A stretch of 64,000 bases of DNA from the human T2T-CHM13v2.0 reference genome, Homo sapiens (GCF_009914755.1 NC_060934.1), one strand, 5' to 3'. Counted from the first letter of the stretch, positions 28,401 to 42,200 are shown. Notes: a model not told the origin generated them from the letters alone. A program made the numbers and translations.

Positions 28401-29287
28401 TTCCCTCTCCACACTGCTTTAGCTGTGTCCCAGAGATTCTGGTACGTTGTGTCTTTGTTCTCATTGGTTTAAAAGAACATCTTTATTTCTGCCTTAATTT
28501 CATTACTTATCCACTAGTCATTCAGGAGCAGGTTGTTCAGTTTCCATGTAGTTGTGCAGTTTTGAGTGAGTTTCTTAATCCTGAGTTCTGATTTGATTGC
28601 ACTATGGTCTCAGAAACTGTTTGTCATGATCCGTTCTTTTGCATCTGCCGAGGAGTGTTTTCCTTCCAATTATGTGGTCAATTTTAGAATAAGTTCGATG
28701 TGGTGCTCAGAAAAATGTATATTCTGTTGATTTGAGATGGAGAGTTCTGTAGATGTCTGTTAGGTCTGCTTGGTCCAGAGCTGAGTTCAAGTCCTGGATA
28801 TCCTTGTTAATTATCTGTCTCGTTGATCTGTCTAATGTTGACAGTGGGGTGTTAAAGTCTCCCACTATTATTGTGTGGGAGTCTAAGTCTCTTTGTAGGT
28901 CTCTAAAAACTTGCTTTATGAAACTGGGTGCTCCTGTATTCGGTGCATATATATTTAGGATAGTTAGCTCTTCTTGTTGCATTGATCCCTTTACCATTAT
29001 GTAATACTCTTGTCTCTTTTCATCTTTGTTGGTTTAACATCTGTTTTATTAGAGACTAGTATTGCAACCCCTGCTTTTTTTTGTTTTGCATTTGCTTGGT
29101 ATATCTTCCTCCATCCCTTCATTTTGAGCCTATGTGTGTCCCTACACATGATATGAGTCTCCTGAATATAGCACACTAATGGGTCTTGACTGTTTATCCA
29201 ATTTGCCAGTCTGTGTCTTTTAATTAGGGCATTTAGCCTGTTTACATTTAAGTTTAATATTGTTATGTGTGAATTTGATCCTGTCAT
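25481..29287 (-). pseudogene. L1 ORF2 (endonuclease/RT), frameshifted, RT motif FADD changed to FADN
   Basis: Fragments MTGSNSHITILNLNVN.., ..NIYAPNTGAP..VGDFNTPLS.., ..[28 protein letters not shown].., ..KDTCTLMFIAALFTIAKTW.. lie in different frames. Confidence 0.95.
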
Positions 29288-29350
29288 TATGATGCTAGCT
29301 GGTTATTTTCCCCTTTAGCTGATGCAGTTTCTTCCTAGTGTCGATGTTCT

Positions 29351-30376
29351 TTACAATTTGGTATGTTTTTGCAGTGGCTGGTACCAGTTGTTTCTTTCCA
29401 TGTGTAGTACTTCCTTCAGGAGCTCTTGTAAGGTAGGCCTGGTGGTGACAAAATCTCTCAGCATTTGCTTCTCTGTAAAAGATTTTATTTCTCTTTCACT
29501 TATGAAGCTTAGTTTGGCTGGATATGAAATTCTGGGCTGAAAATTCTTTTCTTTAAGAATGTTGAATATTGTCCCCTACTCTCTTCTGGCTTGTAGGGTT
29601 TCTGTCAAGAAATCCACTGTTAGTCTGATGGGCTTCCCTTTGTGGGTAACCCAACCTTTCTCTTTGGCTGCCCTTAACATTTTTTCCTTCACTTCAACCT
29701 TGGTGAATCTGACAATTATGTGTCTTTGGGTTGCTCTTCTCAAGGAATATCTTTGTGGTGTTCTCTGTATTTCCAGAATTTGAATGTTGGCCTGCCTTGC
29801 TAGGTTGGGGAAGGTCTCTTGGATAATATCCTGAAGAGTGTTTTCCAACTCGGTTCCATTCTCCCCATCACTGTCAGGTACAACAGTCAAATGTAGATTT
29901 GGTCCTTTTCACATAGTCCCATATTTCTTGGAGGCTTTGTTCATTTCTTTTCACTCTTTTTTCTGTAATCTTATCTTCTTGCTTTATTTCATTGGGTTGA
30001 TCTTCAGTCTCTGATATCCTTTCTTCTGCTTGTGATTCGGTTATTGATACTTGTGTATGCTTCACGAAGTTCTCGTGCTGTGATTTTCAGCTCCATCAGG
30101 TCATTTATGTTCTTCTCTAAGCTGGTTATTCTAGTTAACAATTCATATAACCTTTTTTTCCAGGTTCTTAGCTTCCTTGCATTGGGTTAGAACATGCTTC
30201 TTTAGCTCGAAGGAGTTTGTTATTACCCACCTTCTGAAGCCTACTTCTGATAATTCATCAAACTCATTCTCTGTCCCATTTTGTTCCTTTGCTGGCGAGA
30301 AGTTGTGATCCTTTGGAGGAGGAGAGGCCTTTTGGTTTTTGGAATTTTCAGCCTTTTTGCACTGGTTTCTCCCCAT
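29351..30376 (-). pseudogene. L1 ORF1, disrupted
   Basis: MGRNQCKKAENSKNQ.., ..RNEQSLQEIWDYVKR.., ..FPNLARQANIQI..RHIIVRFTKVE..GKPIRLT in separate frames. Confidence 0.93.
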
Positions 30377-31325
30377 CTTCATGGATTTTTCTACCTTTGG
30401 TCTTTGATGTTGGTGATGTTGATACTATTCCTTTCTGTTTGATAGTTTTCCTTCTAACAGTCAGGCTCCTCTGCTACAGGTCTGCTGGAGTTTGCTGGAG
30501 GTCCACTCCAGACTCTCTTTGCCTGGGTATCACCAGTGGAGGCTGCAGAACAACAAAGATTGCTGCCTGTTCCTACCTCTGAAAGCTTTGTCCCAGAGGG
30601 GCACCCACCAGATGCCAGCCAGAGCTCTCCTGTATGAGGTGTCTGTCGGCTCCTACTGGGAGGTGTCTCCCAATCTGTATACACGGGGGTGTCAGGGACC
30701 CACTTGAGGAGGCAGTCTGTCCCTTATCAGAGCTCAAACACTGTGCTGGGAGAACCGCTGCTCTCTTCAGAGCCGTCAGGCAGGGACATTTAAATCACTG
30801 AAGCTGTGCCCACAGCCGCCCCTTCCCCCAGGTGCTTTGTCCCAGGGAGCTGCAGTGGGCTCCGCCCAGTTCGAACTTCCTGGTGGTTTTGTTTGCACTA
30901 TGAGGGTAAAACCCGCCTACTCAAGCCTCAGCAATAGCAGAATACTTTTAATTCTTATGGGTGTACATAAATGTTAAAATACATTAGCTTATTTTTGTAC
31001 TTTATAGAGTAGATGCAACAGAATCAATTTTGTTTTTATAAAAAAACTTTTGGTTATGTAATAGTGTCAATAACAAAATATTTCTATTACAATTTTAAAA
31101 TACTTCATTCAATCTTTGCAACAGCCCATTAATATAGGCATTTATACTACCTTAATCTTATAGAGCAATAAAAGGAGCTCAGAAATACAAAAATTAATGC
31201 CTATAATATTGTATTATTTTGTTTACGCGGATGCAGGAAGTCTGGGTTAGACTGAATATATTTTGTCTTGAGGAAATTGGCATTTTTAAATAAATTTTTG
31301 TTTTGATTTACCTTTCTCTTTAAAT

Positions 31326-31605
31326 CAGGGTTTCTCAACTAGTGACACTAGTGACAGTTTGCACTAGTGAATACATATTTGGGTTGTTCTATGAGAAAAC
31401 ATATGCACTAGTGACATTTCGCACTGGTGATCCATTGTTGTGGAGGGCCGATCTGTGAATGGTAGGATGTTTAGCACCCTCTCTAGCCACTACCCACTAG
31501 ATGCCAGGAACACACTTGCTCCATTTGTGATAACCAAAAATGTCTCCTACCCATATTGTCAGATGACCCCTGGGGGAGTGACCAGGGGACATTAGTGAGA
31601 ACGAA
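31326..31605 (-). mobile_element. MER20 (hAT-Charlie) with internal duplication/insertion
   Basis: CAGGGTTTCTCAAC..GTAGGATGTTTAGCA..TACCCACTAGATGCCAG..TGTGATAACCAAAAATGTCTCC. Confidence 0.85.
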
Positions 31606-31771
31606 TGAGTGAGGAAAAAGTGAGAATTAGTGAGATGTGTTAAACTACAGTAGAGCAAAGTTTTAATTAGTTAGGTTTTGACTAATGTTTTCATTTGTAT
31701 TAAAAAGTAAAGATGATAATTTTAAAGCATTTTATGATATAGTCACTAAATATTTGAGTAAATAAAACTTT

Positions 31772-32081
31772 TTTTTTTTTTTTAAGATGGAATCTCTCCC
31801 TGTCACCCCGGCTGGAGTGCAGTGGCATGATCTTGGCTCACTGCAACCTCTGCCTCCTGGGTTCAAGTGATTCTCCTGCCTCACCCTCCTGAGTAGCTGG
31901 GATTACAGGTGTGCACCACCACGCCTGGCTATTTTTTTTTTTTTTTTTTTTTTTTTGTATTTTTAGTAGAGACCAGGTTTCACCATGTTGGCAGACTGAT
32001 CTCGAACTCTTGACCTCATGATCTGCCCACTTCAGCCTCCCAAAGTGCTGCGATTACAAGCGTGAGCCACTGTACCCGGCC
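31772..32081 (-). mobile_element. AluS (Sg-like) with expanded central linker
   Basis: GACCTCATGATCTGCCC. Linker T25 at 31932-31956. Perfect 17-bp TSD TGAGTAAATAAAACTTT at 31755-31771 and 32082-32098. Confidence 0.93.
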
Positions 32082-33769
32082 TGAGTAAATAAAACTTTCT
32101 AATTGTGAACACTTTACATTGATCTGATAAAATTTACAGAAATAAAAATGTGAATTTTAGTCAAAACAAAGAACTATATATAATATATATTTTTCCATGT
32201 GGCTCATTACATATGATTTTAATTAATACTTTCTACAAAACACTGTTCATTACTCCCCTTTCCAAAAAAAAAAGACTAAACTCTTACTAAATATATTTGT
32301 GGTTTTGGTTTTAATGGTTTTGTTTTTGGTTTTACAAATACTGATTAAATGTTAGTAGGGAAGAAGTTTAGTTTTATTTTTTGCTCTAGTACATGTAATA
32401 TTCTATAAATTTTATTGTGATGACATGACATTTTCCTCCTTCAAAAAGACAGCAGATGAATGAAAAATATATTTTTACGTATTCATTGGTACTGAATTTT
32501 AAATAAAAATAATTTATAACTAATTTTAAACATTCCTAAATGGTAAGTCTAGAAGACTTTTAAAAATTGAATAAAACAATTTACAGTTTAATTATATGAC
32601 TTAGTAGAGCACATTATTTCCTATTATCCTATTACCCTGATTGAAAGATAAATATAAATGTTGGGTTATTGTTGGTATAATTAAGCCATTGAATTGTAAA
32701 CATCTTTCTTCTGAAACAATACACACACACGTATATAAAAAACAATATTATTCTTATTAGCTATGAATAAAAAATACATTCCTATGTATATACTGGACTT
32801 CAGATGACAGAAACAGATAGAAGATAGTGTCCAATATTTTTGTTCTACTTGTTTGAAAGGTTATCAAGTAGTAAGTAATACCAGCAGAGCATGAAAATGA
32901 CCAGTAATTTAAAAATAATCAGACAAGGTATAGTTTGTTGTATTTTTAACTACAGAAGGCTGGTCAATAGCTGCACTCAATTTGCTGTTATTTCCCCATG
33001 GAAAGCCCAGTTTGTTAGCTTTAGGATAGGCTCAGTCAATAGATTCTTTTTTACTAAGAGAAATGATCCATGGGAGGTCTCCTGAGGAGTAAAGTCATGA
33101 GAAAACATAGGCAGCCTTTCATGCTGCACAACACAACTAGGGAAGTAAGACTCTGACCTATTTGAGGTAGTGTTTCAAAGACTGCACTGTTGGAGCTCTT
33201 TTTTAAAAAATCAAATCACGTAATCAAAAGAAAGCTGAAAATAATAGCAAAAGGCTAGTTTTATTAGAAAACTTTTGTTCTATTATAGTAATGCATTATG
33301 TGAAGTGCTTGGAATTGGCCTCAAATACTGTTAAAACACATATTAAAGAAGCCAATAATTACACTTTGTAAGTTTGCCTCTTTGTGGGCACCCTTTGTCA
33401 TCTCCTTGTGGAATAATTTGAGAGGTGGAGGAGACACATAGACATTGGGCGAGGTAAGGAAAAAGTTACAACACACATTCCAGTGCTCTAAGACCTCATT
33501 GGACCACCTGCTGATCCAGATATGTGTATGGTGGAGACACAAAAATCATAAATAACTTCCCCCCAGTTAAATATCGCTGCAATTAAATTCTCCATTTGAG
33601 AAAACAGGATTGAAGAGTGATGCCCTTGTTGACAGCATTTATTACTGTGGGCTCACCTACTTCCAAAAAAGAATTGAGATGACTTACAATGAAAAGGAAG
33701 GACAAAATAACAGCACATTTGCTGTTGCTGGTGGTGTTGGTGTTGGGTTTTGTTTTGTTTTGTGAGTGG

Positions 33770-33995
33770 TGTGTTAGAATAAACTTTGGAGTCACAGCAG
33801 CTGGATAAAAATCTTAGCTTTTTCTCTTATAAGATTTTGACTTGGGTAGGTTAATTCAGTTCTTTGAACTTTGTTTCCTTAAATAAAATCAGGCACAATA
33901 ATGACTAATTCAGGATTGTGGTGAGAATTAAATGAGCTAAAATAGGTAAAACACCTAGGATACTACCCAAAACAAAGTCGGGGCTCAACAATAAC
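33770..33995 (+). mobile_element. MIR
   Basis: ACTTTGGAGTCACA..GATTGTGGTGAGAATTAAATGAGCTAA. Confidence 0.7.
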
Positions 33996-34143
33996 CATTA
34001 CTTTCCTCCCTTAAGAAGATGGAGATTTTAAGGAAGCTTAACCACAAGGGCTCTTTTCTCTTTCTCTGTCAACTTATTGTCTTTTAAGTATCTAAGATCA
34101 CAATAAACATCTCCAAATTATGTAAAAAAGAAATTGGCCATTG

Positions 34144-34446
34144 TCAGAATTCATTATTCACCAAAGCTTCTCTGAGCACTTGCTCCATGTATGACACCTC
34201 ACACATGAACTCTGGGGAATATGAGAAGTAGCTGGCATGCCCCAGCCCCAGCAGAAGGCTCTTTGCTGCTTGGAAAAAGGAATTCAAAACACTAAGTTTC
34301 CTTCTTTCTTCTGTTTCAAAAACTATTAATAGATATGTCAGTAAGCCTGAAAGTTTTATTCCTCCTGGCTCAGACTGGACTGATGGCTTCAGAAAGCCTG
34401 CCTGGTCTTTTGGCAGATTTGCTAGGATTTGGATGACCTCATCCAT
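34144..34446 (-). CDS. Hypothetical 100-aa ORF with strong Kozak context and upstream splice acceptor
   Basis: Minus strand CTGACCTTTCTATATACTTTTAG|CCATCATGG. No homology recognised, may be chance. Confidence 0.12.
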   Translation of the reverse strand: MDEVIQILANLPKDQAGFLKPSVQSEPGGIKLSGLLTYLLIVFETEERRKLSVLNSFFQAAKSLLLGLGHASYFSYSPEFMCEVSYMEQVLREALVNNEF

Positions 34447-35264
34447 GATGGCTAAAAGTATATAGAAAGGTCAGATTAATTTAATGCAGAAAATCTAGTA
34501 CATCCTAGAAAATACTGAAAAGTTCAATATTAAGAATTCATTGATGGAACCAGTCATTTAATGTGAGAAGAAACAACACAGTAATATAGAACTCAGTATT
34601 TAAAAAATAATCAGTACTTATGAATTATTTTCTTAAGGATTAACTTAGAGAACTGAAATCTGCCATGTAATTTATCTAGATTGTAACATGATTTGGGGAG
34701 AAAGGGTACATTTACATCCCACCTAAAACTAACCTCCCATAAATAGTATATAACATTATATAAATTATAAGAATACAAATTACTCCATACTTGAGAAAGT
34801 TACTATCAATAATTTATATTGACAGATTCTAATGACATAAAAGTTTTAAATGTAACCAGTTAATCATCAACATAATTATTCTTTAATAACTTTACTTTTG
34901 AATTTCTTCAGTGGCTTAGAAAATGAAAGCATACAATTTTTCTAACTGTTGAAATATCTTTATTCATTTTTGTTTAAATTTTTGAAATGTTCTTTCTTAA
35001 GTTAAATAAAAATTATTTAGAAACACTAATAGGTAAAATATAAAGATATATTAAAATGTGATCAGCACTTTTTATGGCATTTGTATAATATTTGATAAAA
35101 TTTCAGATGGATTGGGAAGGTTTAAATAATTTATATAAGTTGTAAAAGTTATCATGCAATAAATATACTCAGATTCTTATCAGTGAGTTTTTTTGTTTTG
35201 CATATATATTTTACTCTATGCAGTTTGTATCAAAGGTTAAGATTCATCCATGAATTAATGTATT

Positions 35265-35750
35265 TATTTATTCATTCATTTATCCATCATTCAAAAATAT
35301 TTATTGAACAACTCTTTTAGACCAAGATCTATGTTAAATCTGGAATTGGAAACATGAATATAACACAGGCCTTGCTCCTGAGACTCACATAATCTACTAA
35401 GGGAGAGACACAGATACTTGACCATGTGACAGTACGTACATAGAGAAATGTACGTATTCTCTGTGAACAAAAAGAAAATAGAAACTAATTATGCTCAGGA
35501 GAAGTGGGGTAATTATTTCAATGAGAGGGCAGTATTTGAGCAGGATCTTGAAAAAGAAAAAAGATAAATTTCCCTAGTGAACAGAGGGCATTCCATTCAA
35601 GAGGGAACATGATCTGGTTGGCCTAGTTGTGACATGGAGCCTAAGGAAAATGATGAGAGGCAAGGAAGGGGAGTCGGGGATGGGCACAAAGATTCTGAAT
35701 TCTGTAGACAGTGGGGGACTGGAGAAGACTTCTAAGCACAATCAATAAGA
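35265..35750 (-). mobile_element. L2 3' end
   Basis: TTCATTCATTTATCCATCATTCAAAAATATTTATTGAACA tail signature, then purine-rich L2 body. Confidence 0.7.
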
Positions 35751-36219
35751 AAATGTGTGTGTGTCTGTTATATGTATTTAGAAAGATATCTGTGTGTGTT
35801 TGTATACACACATATCCATTAATGTATATATACAGACATATACATATGTATGTATGTATTTATATGTATTTTTGTATTTAAAAATGTATGTATTTTTAAA
35901 ACTTCTATAGCATGGAAACACTTTTAGAAGAAATATTGAATTGTTTTAGTAGATACTAAATGCCTATTACATAACATTCACGTTAAAAGTTTGAAAGAAA
36001 CAGAAGATGATACAGTGAAAATGAAAACTAAGCCATTCTTCTATCTCAATTTTCTAGCCACCTACTTGCCTTCCTAGAGGCAATCACTGTTTTCGGGATT
36101 TTTGTGTTTCTTTGAGGTATTGTATACAGGTACTAGTATTTGTGTTCTCTGCTTTATAGATGCAGTGTTCTTACCTTGCTAGATAATTCCATATCAGCAA
36201 TTAAGGAACAACTACATTT

Positions 36220-37905
<1,686 letters not shown>

Positions 37906-38363
37906 TACTACCTCACTTGTAATGGCTGTATAGTGTTCCACAGTACTATATTCAACTAGTCCCCCACTGATGTATACAATTAGACTTTTTCCAATCTTTA
38001 GCTATTGCAAACAATGCGACAGTGAATATTCTTGTCCAGCTCTCCTTATTAACCATCCTTTCCCCCCCGCTCACTAAAGATCTTATCATCATCTAACATA
38101 CTATGTATTTTCTTTATTGCTTTCATTATCAAACTTCACTCCTGTCACATATTAGCATGTTAGATCCAAAAAGCAGAGATTTTTTTAAATTTGTTTCCTA
38201 CTGTAACCCTAGTCATAGAATAAATGTTTAATGAATATTTGTTGATTGAATGCCTCTTACACAAGTATATCTAGAGGAAAAAATCATAGAAGTCAAATTG
38301 CTGGTTCAAAAGGGATAGGCATTTGTAATTTTGACAGATATTGCCAAATTGATCATTATAGAA

Positions 38364-38516
38364 CAGAGCATTTCAACCTTGACACTACTGACATTTTGGC
38401 CTGATAATTCTTTACTATGTGAAGGTATGTGCTGTAGGCTGTTTAACAGATCCTCCAGTTGTGACAACCAAAGATGTTTCCAGACATTACTAAATGTCCC
38501 TTGTTAAGAAGCACTG
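38364..38516 (-). mobile_element. MER20, internally deleted
   Basis: TTTCAACCTTGACACTACTGACATTTTGGCCTGATAATTCTT..GTTGTGACAACCAAAGATGTTTCCAGACATT. Confidence 0.8.
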
Positions 38517-38929
38517 ATTGTTATGCAACCTTTGACTCTTACTGACAATTATGAAAATATCTCCCCACAGCCTTGCCAATATCGTCTTTTAGGAAACAGT
38601 TCACTCTGAATATCTAATGGTGAAAAGTAGTATCTCATAGTTTTAACTGGCATATGAATTCACATTTTGATGGAACTTTGCTGTAACAAATCCCCAGCAC
38701 TGTACATTGTAATGATGAAGGTAAGTTTGGTTTTCCACTGTAGAGGGAAGGCGGGGGATAGAGTGAAGATATGAAATCCACAATCAAGTGTAGAAAAAGT
38801 GCTTTTTGCTCTTATTTTTCTTCGTTAAAATATCTGTTTTATAAATCCTTTCTTATCTTCAGACCATTATGCATTCATGGGCTGAATCTTCTCTAGAATT
38901 ATATCAACTGGCCTTGATTAATGAACAAA

Positions 38930-39120
38930 ATTTGGAGTCAAAAGCCTTGGAATTTGAGTGCAGGCTCTCCTAATTACTAGTTGTGTTACCTTGGGGAAGT
39001 CACATAAACTCTGAGCTGCAATTTACTCATCTGAAAATTGTGGATAATAACATTTGCTCTCTCTACATCACTGAGTTATTGTAAGAATTATTTTTTAGAC
39101 TGCAAAGCCTTTCACAATTG
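38930..39120 (+). mobile_element. MIR
   Basis: TTACTAGTTGTGTTACCTTGGGGAAGTCACAT..CTCATCTGAAAAT. Confidence 0.75.
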
Positions 39121-39149
39121 CAAGGGTTTATGATAATTATTATGAAGGT

Positions 39150-39860
39150 TTTATGACCCGCTGCTTTATCTCATGACTCACAGTGTCCCGAGAGTTTTTC
39201 TCTTCTCAGTGCTTCTGCGATCACCTCAAACTGTTCTCACTCATTTATTTATTAAACATGGGCATTGTGTAGCCTTACCATATCTTCAACTCTGTAGCCT
39301 AAATAATTTCAGAACAATTCTCCTCCTAACTGAACAAGTCCCAGATAGACTCATCATTTATTCAGCATTCATTAAATAAGTACCATTGTCTTCCCCAAAA
39401 CTGCCTTTTCCTCCCAACAGCCCCATTTTTGTCAATGCCATCATTTTTTCTAGTCTTGAGGGTGGGAACTTTGCAGTCATCTCTTGTGCTTGTGCTCCCT
39501 GTCCCATGGATCCTGCATACCACAACCAGATTAAAGTAGACTACCTCCTTCTTCAGGTCCCTTCTTGTGATTATAAGCTGAGAGTCCCCTGTTGAGTGCC
39601 ACATCAAATCCAAATTATATTTCAGTAGCACTCCTTGTTACCCATATTCTCCTAAACTACTTTTTCTTTCCTTGCACCAGACTCATTCTTGCACCTATGC
39701 TTTTGTTCATCATGTTTTTCTCCCTAGAATTTTCTTCACCTGTTCCTTTACCTATCAACCAGCACCAACTTTCAAGACGTCTATCATCCCTATTACTCTA
39801 TGTTCTCTTTTTCTTTATAGCTCAGCTTACTCTAATCTCTTTTATCACTTCACTCTCATT
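39150..39860 (+). mobile_element. L2 fragments
   Basis: Pyrimidine-rich L2-like motifs. Approximate. Confidence 0.45.
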
Positions 39861-40219
39861 GTTATTGGTCAGTTTAACTTAATGTATCATAGTGGATCTC
39901 AATCCTGACTGCATATCAGAATCACCTCAGTAAAGTTTTGTTTGTTGTCTTAATATAATCCCAGGATCATGATTGGGGATTCTAATTCTAGACAGAGCTT
40001 TGTTATTATAATTTTAGTAGAGTGGTTTGAACATCTTCATGGATATTTTAAGCAGGTCATTTTTCTCTTCCAGACCACAGATTTATAAATTTACTGGTAG
40101 TAAGAATGTTAAAGACATCAATATACCCAATGCTCAATAATTGATTAACTGATAGTGTGATATAAAAATATTTCTTATTCATTTCCTGCACAGCCTATAA
40201 TTTGTGTGCTACCTCTTCC

Positions 40220-40390
40220 AGTTTCTGGCTCTGTGACTTTGTATAAATTGCTGAATCTCTTAACCTCATGTTTCTTTGTATGTAAAATGAGAATAGTAAC
40301 ATATATGTTGCTAATTATGAGAAGTAGAGCTAATGTACATAAATTTTCAGAGCTACATGGTGGCTTTTTTATTACTATTAATACTATATA
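40220..40390 (+). mobile_element. MIR
   Basis: GCTCTGTGACTTTGTATAAATTGCTGAATCTCT..TGTAAAATGAGAATAGTAA. Confidence 0.7.
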
Positions 40391-41699
40391 GTCTCTCTGC
40401 TGTTGTAGAGATGCTTAAAAAACCCTTTTTCTTTCTTGCTTTATGATTTGCTATTTTATGACTTAGTAGATTTACTTATTTACATTACTATTGGAATTAA
40501 GACAGGATATCAAGGCCCTATCAAATCACCATGTAATTTGATACCTAATTACCTTTGATACCTTTGAAACCTAATTACATTTTCATATTTTAAGGAGCAA
40601 ATGAGTATTCTATTTTTTGACCATCGTTCTACTGACTGTTTTCTTGGTTACAAGAGAATATGCACCATTACAGTTTTTCCTTGTCAGCAGCAACTCCACG
40701 CCGTGAACACGCTAACTTTATGTATCTTCTTCACTTTACCTGACATTGCCAAGTAGGTGTTTCTTCCTCCTAACTGTAATTTAAAAGAGGATATTTATTT
40801 TTAACTTAGCTCATTTTATTTTATTTCATAGTTTATAACTATCCCATTTAATTTTAAAATTAAAGGAATATAATACTATTCTATTAAATTTAGACTTACA
40901 GATTGTGCTCCTGGGATCAGCAAGAAAACATAAAGTACTTTGTTTCCACAAAAGACACTTCCTATATAAATTATTTTTATTATTAAGTTCTGTATCTTTA
41001 AATGAGTCACTTTTAAATCTTTTTCTTGTCTTACTAGTGAAAAAATTTAAATTGTATTATTAAAGGAAAACATATAGACATATGAATGAGAAAGTATTCA
41101 TTAATAACTTGTCTTCATTAAGTTAGATGAAAACAATAAAAAAGGAATTAACCAAAGTGGCACATTGCCAATCATAAGACAGGAGAAAGTTTCCAGAGCA
41201 ATTAAAGGAAAGAAATTATTTGTTCAACCATGGACATTTATACTGTTTTTTCAGTTTCAAAGTTGTAAAAGTAATGTATGGAGGCTATCTTCTCCTGCAC
41301 CAAAACAAGAAACCGTATAGGTTTCTTTGGAATGCCTATTAATCATGCATTGCTCCCATAAATTAGTCAAAGCTAAAGAAAAAGTGTTGCTAAATAGTGC
41401 ACATTTTCATTTCCCTGAATATTTGTAGCTGCAATTTATACAGATACCAACAACACTGTGGGCTCAGAATTAAAATGAAAGTGCTTGAAAACTTGTGTGA
41501 ATTACCTTTCTTACAGTATATTTATGGAGCCAAACAGACATATGTTTGATTCTCATTTCATCCGTAACATGAATATATTGATACTTACTTTATAAAATTA
41601 TTGAAAGGATTACATGCATTTACCATGGTGCCTGGCACATAGCGCTCAGTACATTGTAGTAACGGGCTATGCTGTTTTGAGAAGATTGTGTGGAGAGAG

Positions 41700-41940
41700 G
41701 ATATCACTGACTTTGGAGTTATTCATGCCTGGTTTTATATTCCAGATCTATCATCTGATAACTGGCTGATTTCGGCCAAATTACTACTCTGAATTTAGTT
41801 TCCTTGACAATAAGCTAAAGTGAAATAACAGCAACCTCATAGGGTGGTTCTGAGGATTTAATAAGATCATACATATAAAGGGCTTCCAATGCCTGTTACA
41901 TATCATATCTTTCAGTAAGTAGTAGATCTTATTACTCTTA
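41700..41940 (+). mobile_element. MIR
   Basis: GACTTTGGAGTT..ACCTCATAGGGTGGTTCTGAGGATTTAATAAGAT. Confidence 0.7.
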
Positions 41941-42029
41941 TTCTTACTGCTAAAATCTGTGTCTTAGGTTCTTGACTTCTTTGTAAATATGCCTTTGAAC
42001 AATGTGGAAGGGTCAAACAACTATTACCC

Positions 42030-42200
42030 CAGGAGTATATTGACTTTGAAGCTAATGCAGCTTAAGCCTAAGGGCCTCTCATTTGCACAAGTCCCTTCCA
42101 AACTGACACTTAATACTCTTCTTAATTTTATATTCTCTTTCTTAAAGAAGACCTCCGAAGCTCCAAAAATTTCAGGTTTCAGAAAACCTGGGTCTAGGTT
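42030..42200. mobile_element. hAT-Tip100 relic (MER115/Zaphod-like)
   Basis: TGAAGCTAATGCAGCTTAAGCCTAAGGGCCTCTCATTTGCACAAGTCCCTTCCAA resembles the recalled terminal consensus. Confidence 0.5.

Larger units (their letters stand above)
25272..30941 (-). mobile_element. LINE-1, L1PA7-like, near full length (5' end truncated), inactive
   Basis: 3' UTR GTTCTGGGGTACATGTGCAG..TGCTGCACCCATCAACC is L1PA7/8-type. Fragmented ORF1 and ORF2 translations are present. 5' UTR runs to ...CTACTCAAGCCTCAGCAATAGCAGA. Confidence 0.93.

Noticed and set aside
26842-30707. Plus-strand ORFs over the L1
   Set aside because: Antisense frames of L1 ORF1/ORF2/5' UTR, commonly open by composition.
31346-31430. Repeat-spacer-repeat (25/35/25 bp) resembling a CRISPR unit
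   Set aside because: Only two diverged repeats, inside a MER20 in primate DNA, with no cas genes. Treated as a repair or duplication scar.
32417-32495. GTGATGA...CTGA spaced like a C/D-box snoRNA
   Set aside because: No proper terminal stem next to the boxes and no recognisable rRNA/snRNA guide. Such motifs are frequent by chance.
35433-35456. Hairpin TACGTACAT-6nt-ATGTACGTA
   Set aside because: A 9-bp stem within an L2 relic, too short to distinguish from chance.
38698-38726. Isolated consensus donors (GAAG|GTAAGT at 38720; also about 32542 and 33452)
   Set aside because: No convincing paired acceptor or frame. Expected at this frequency in 64 kb.
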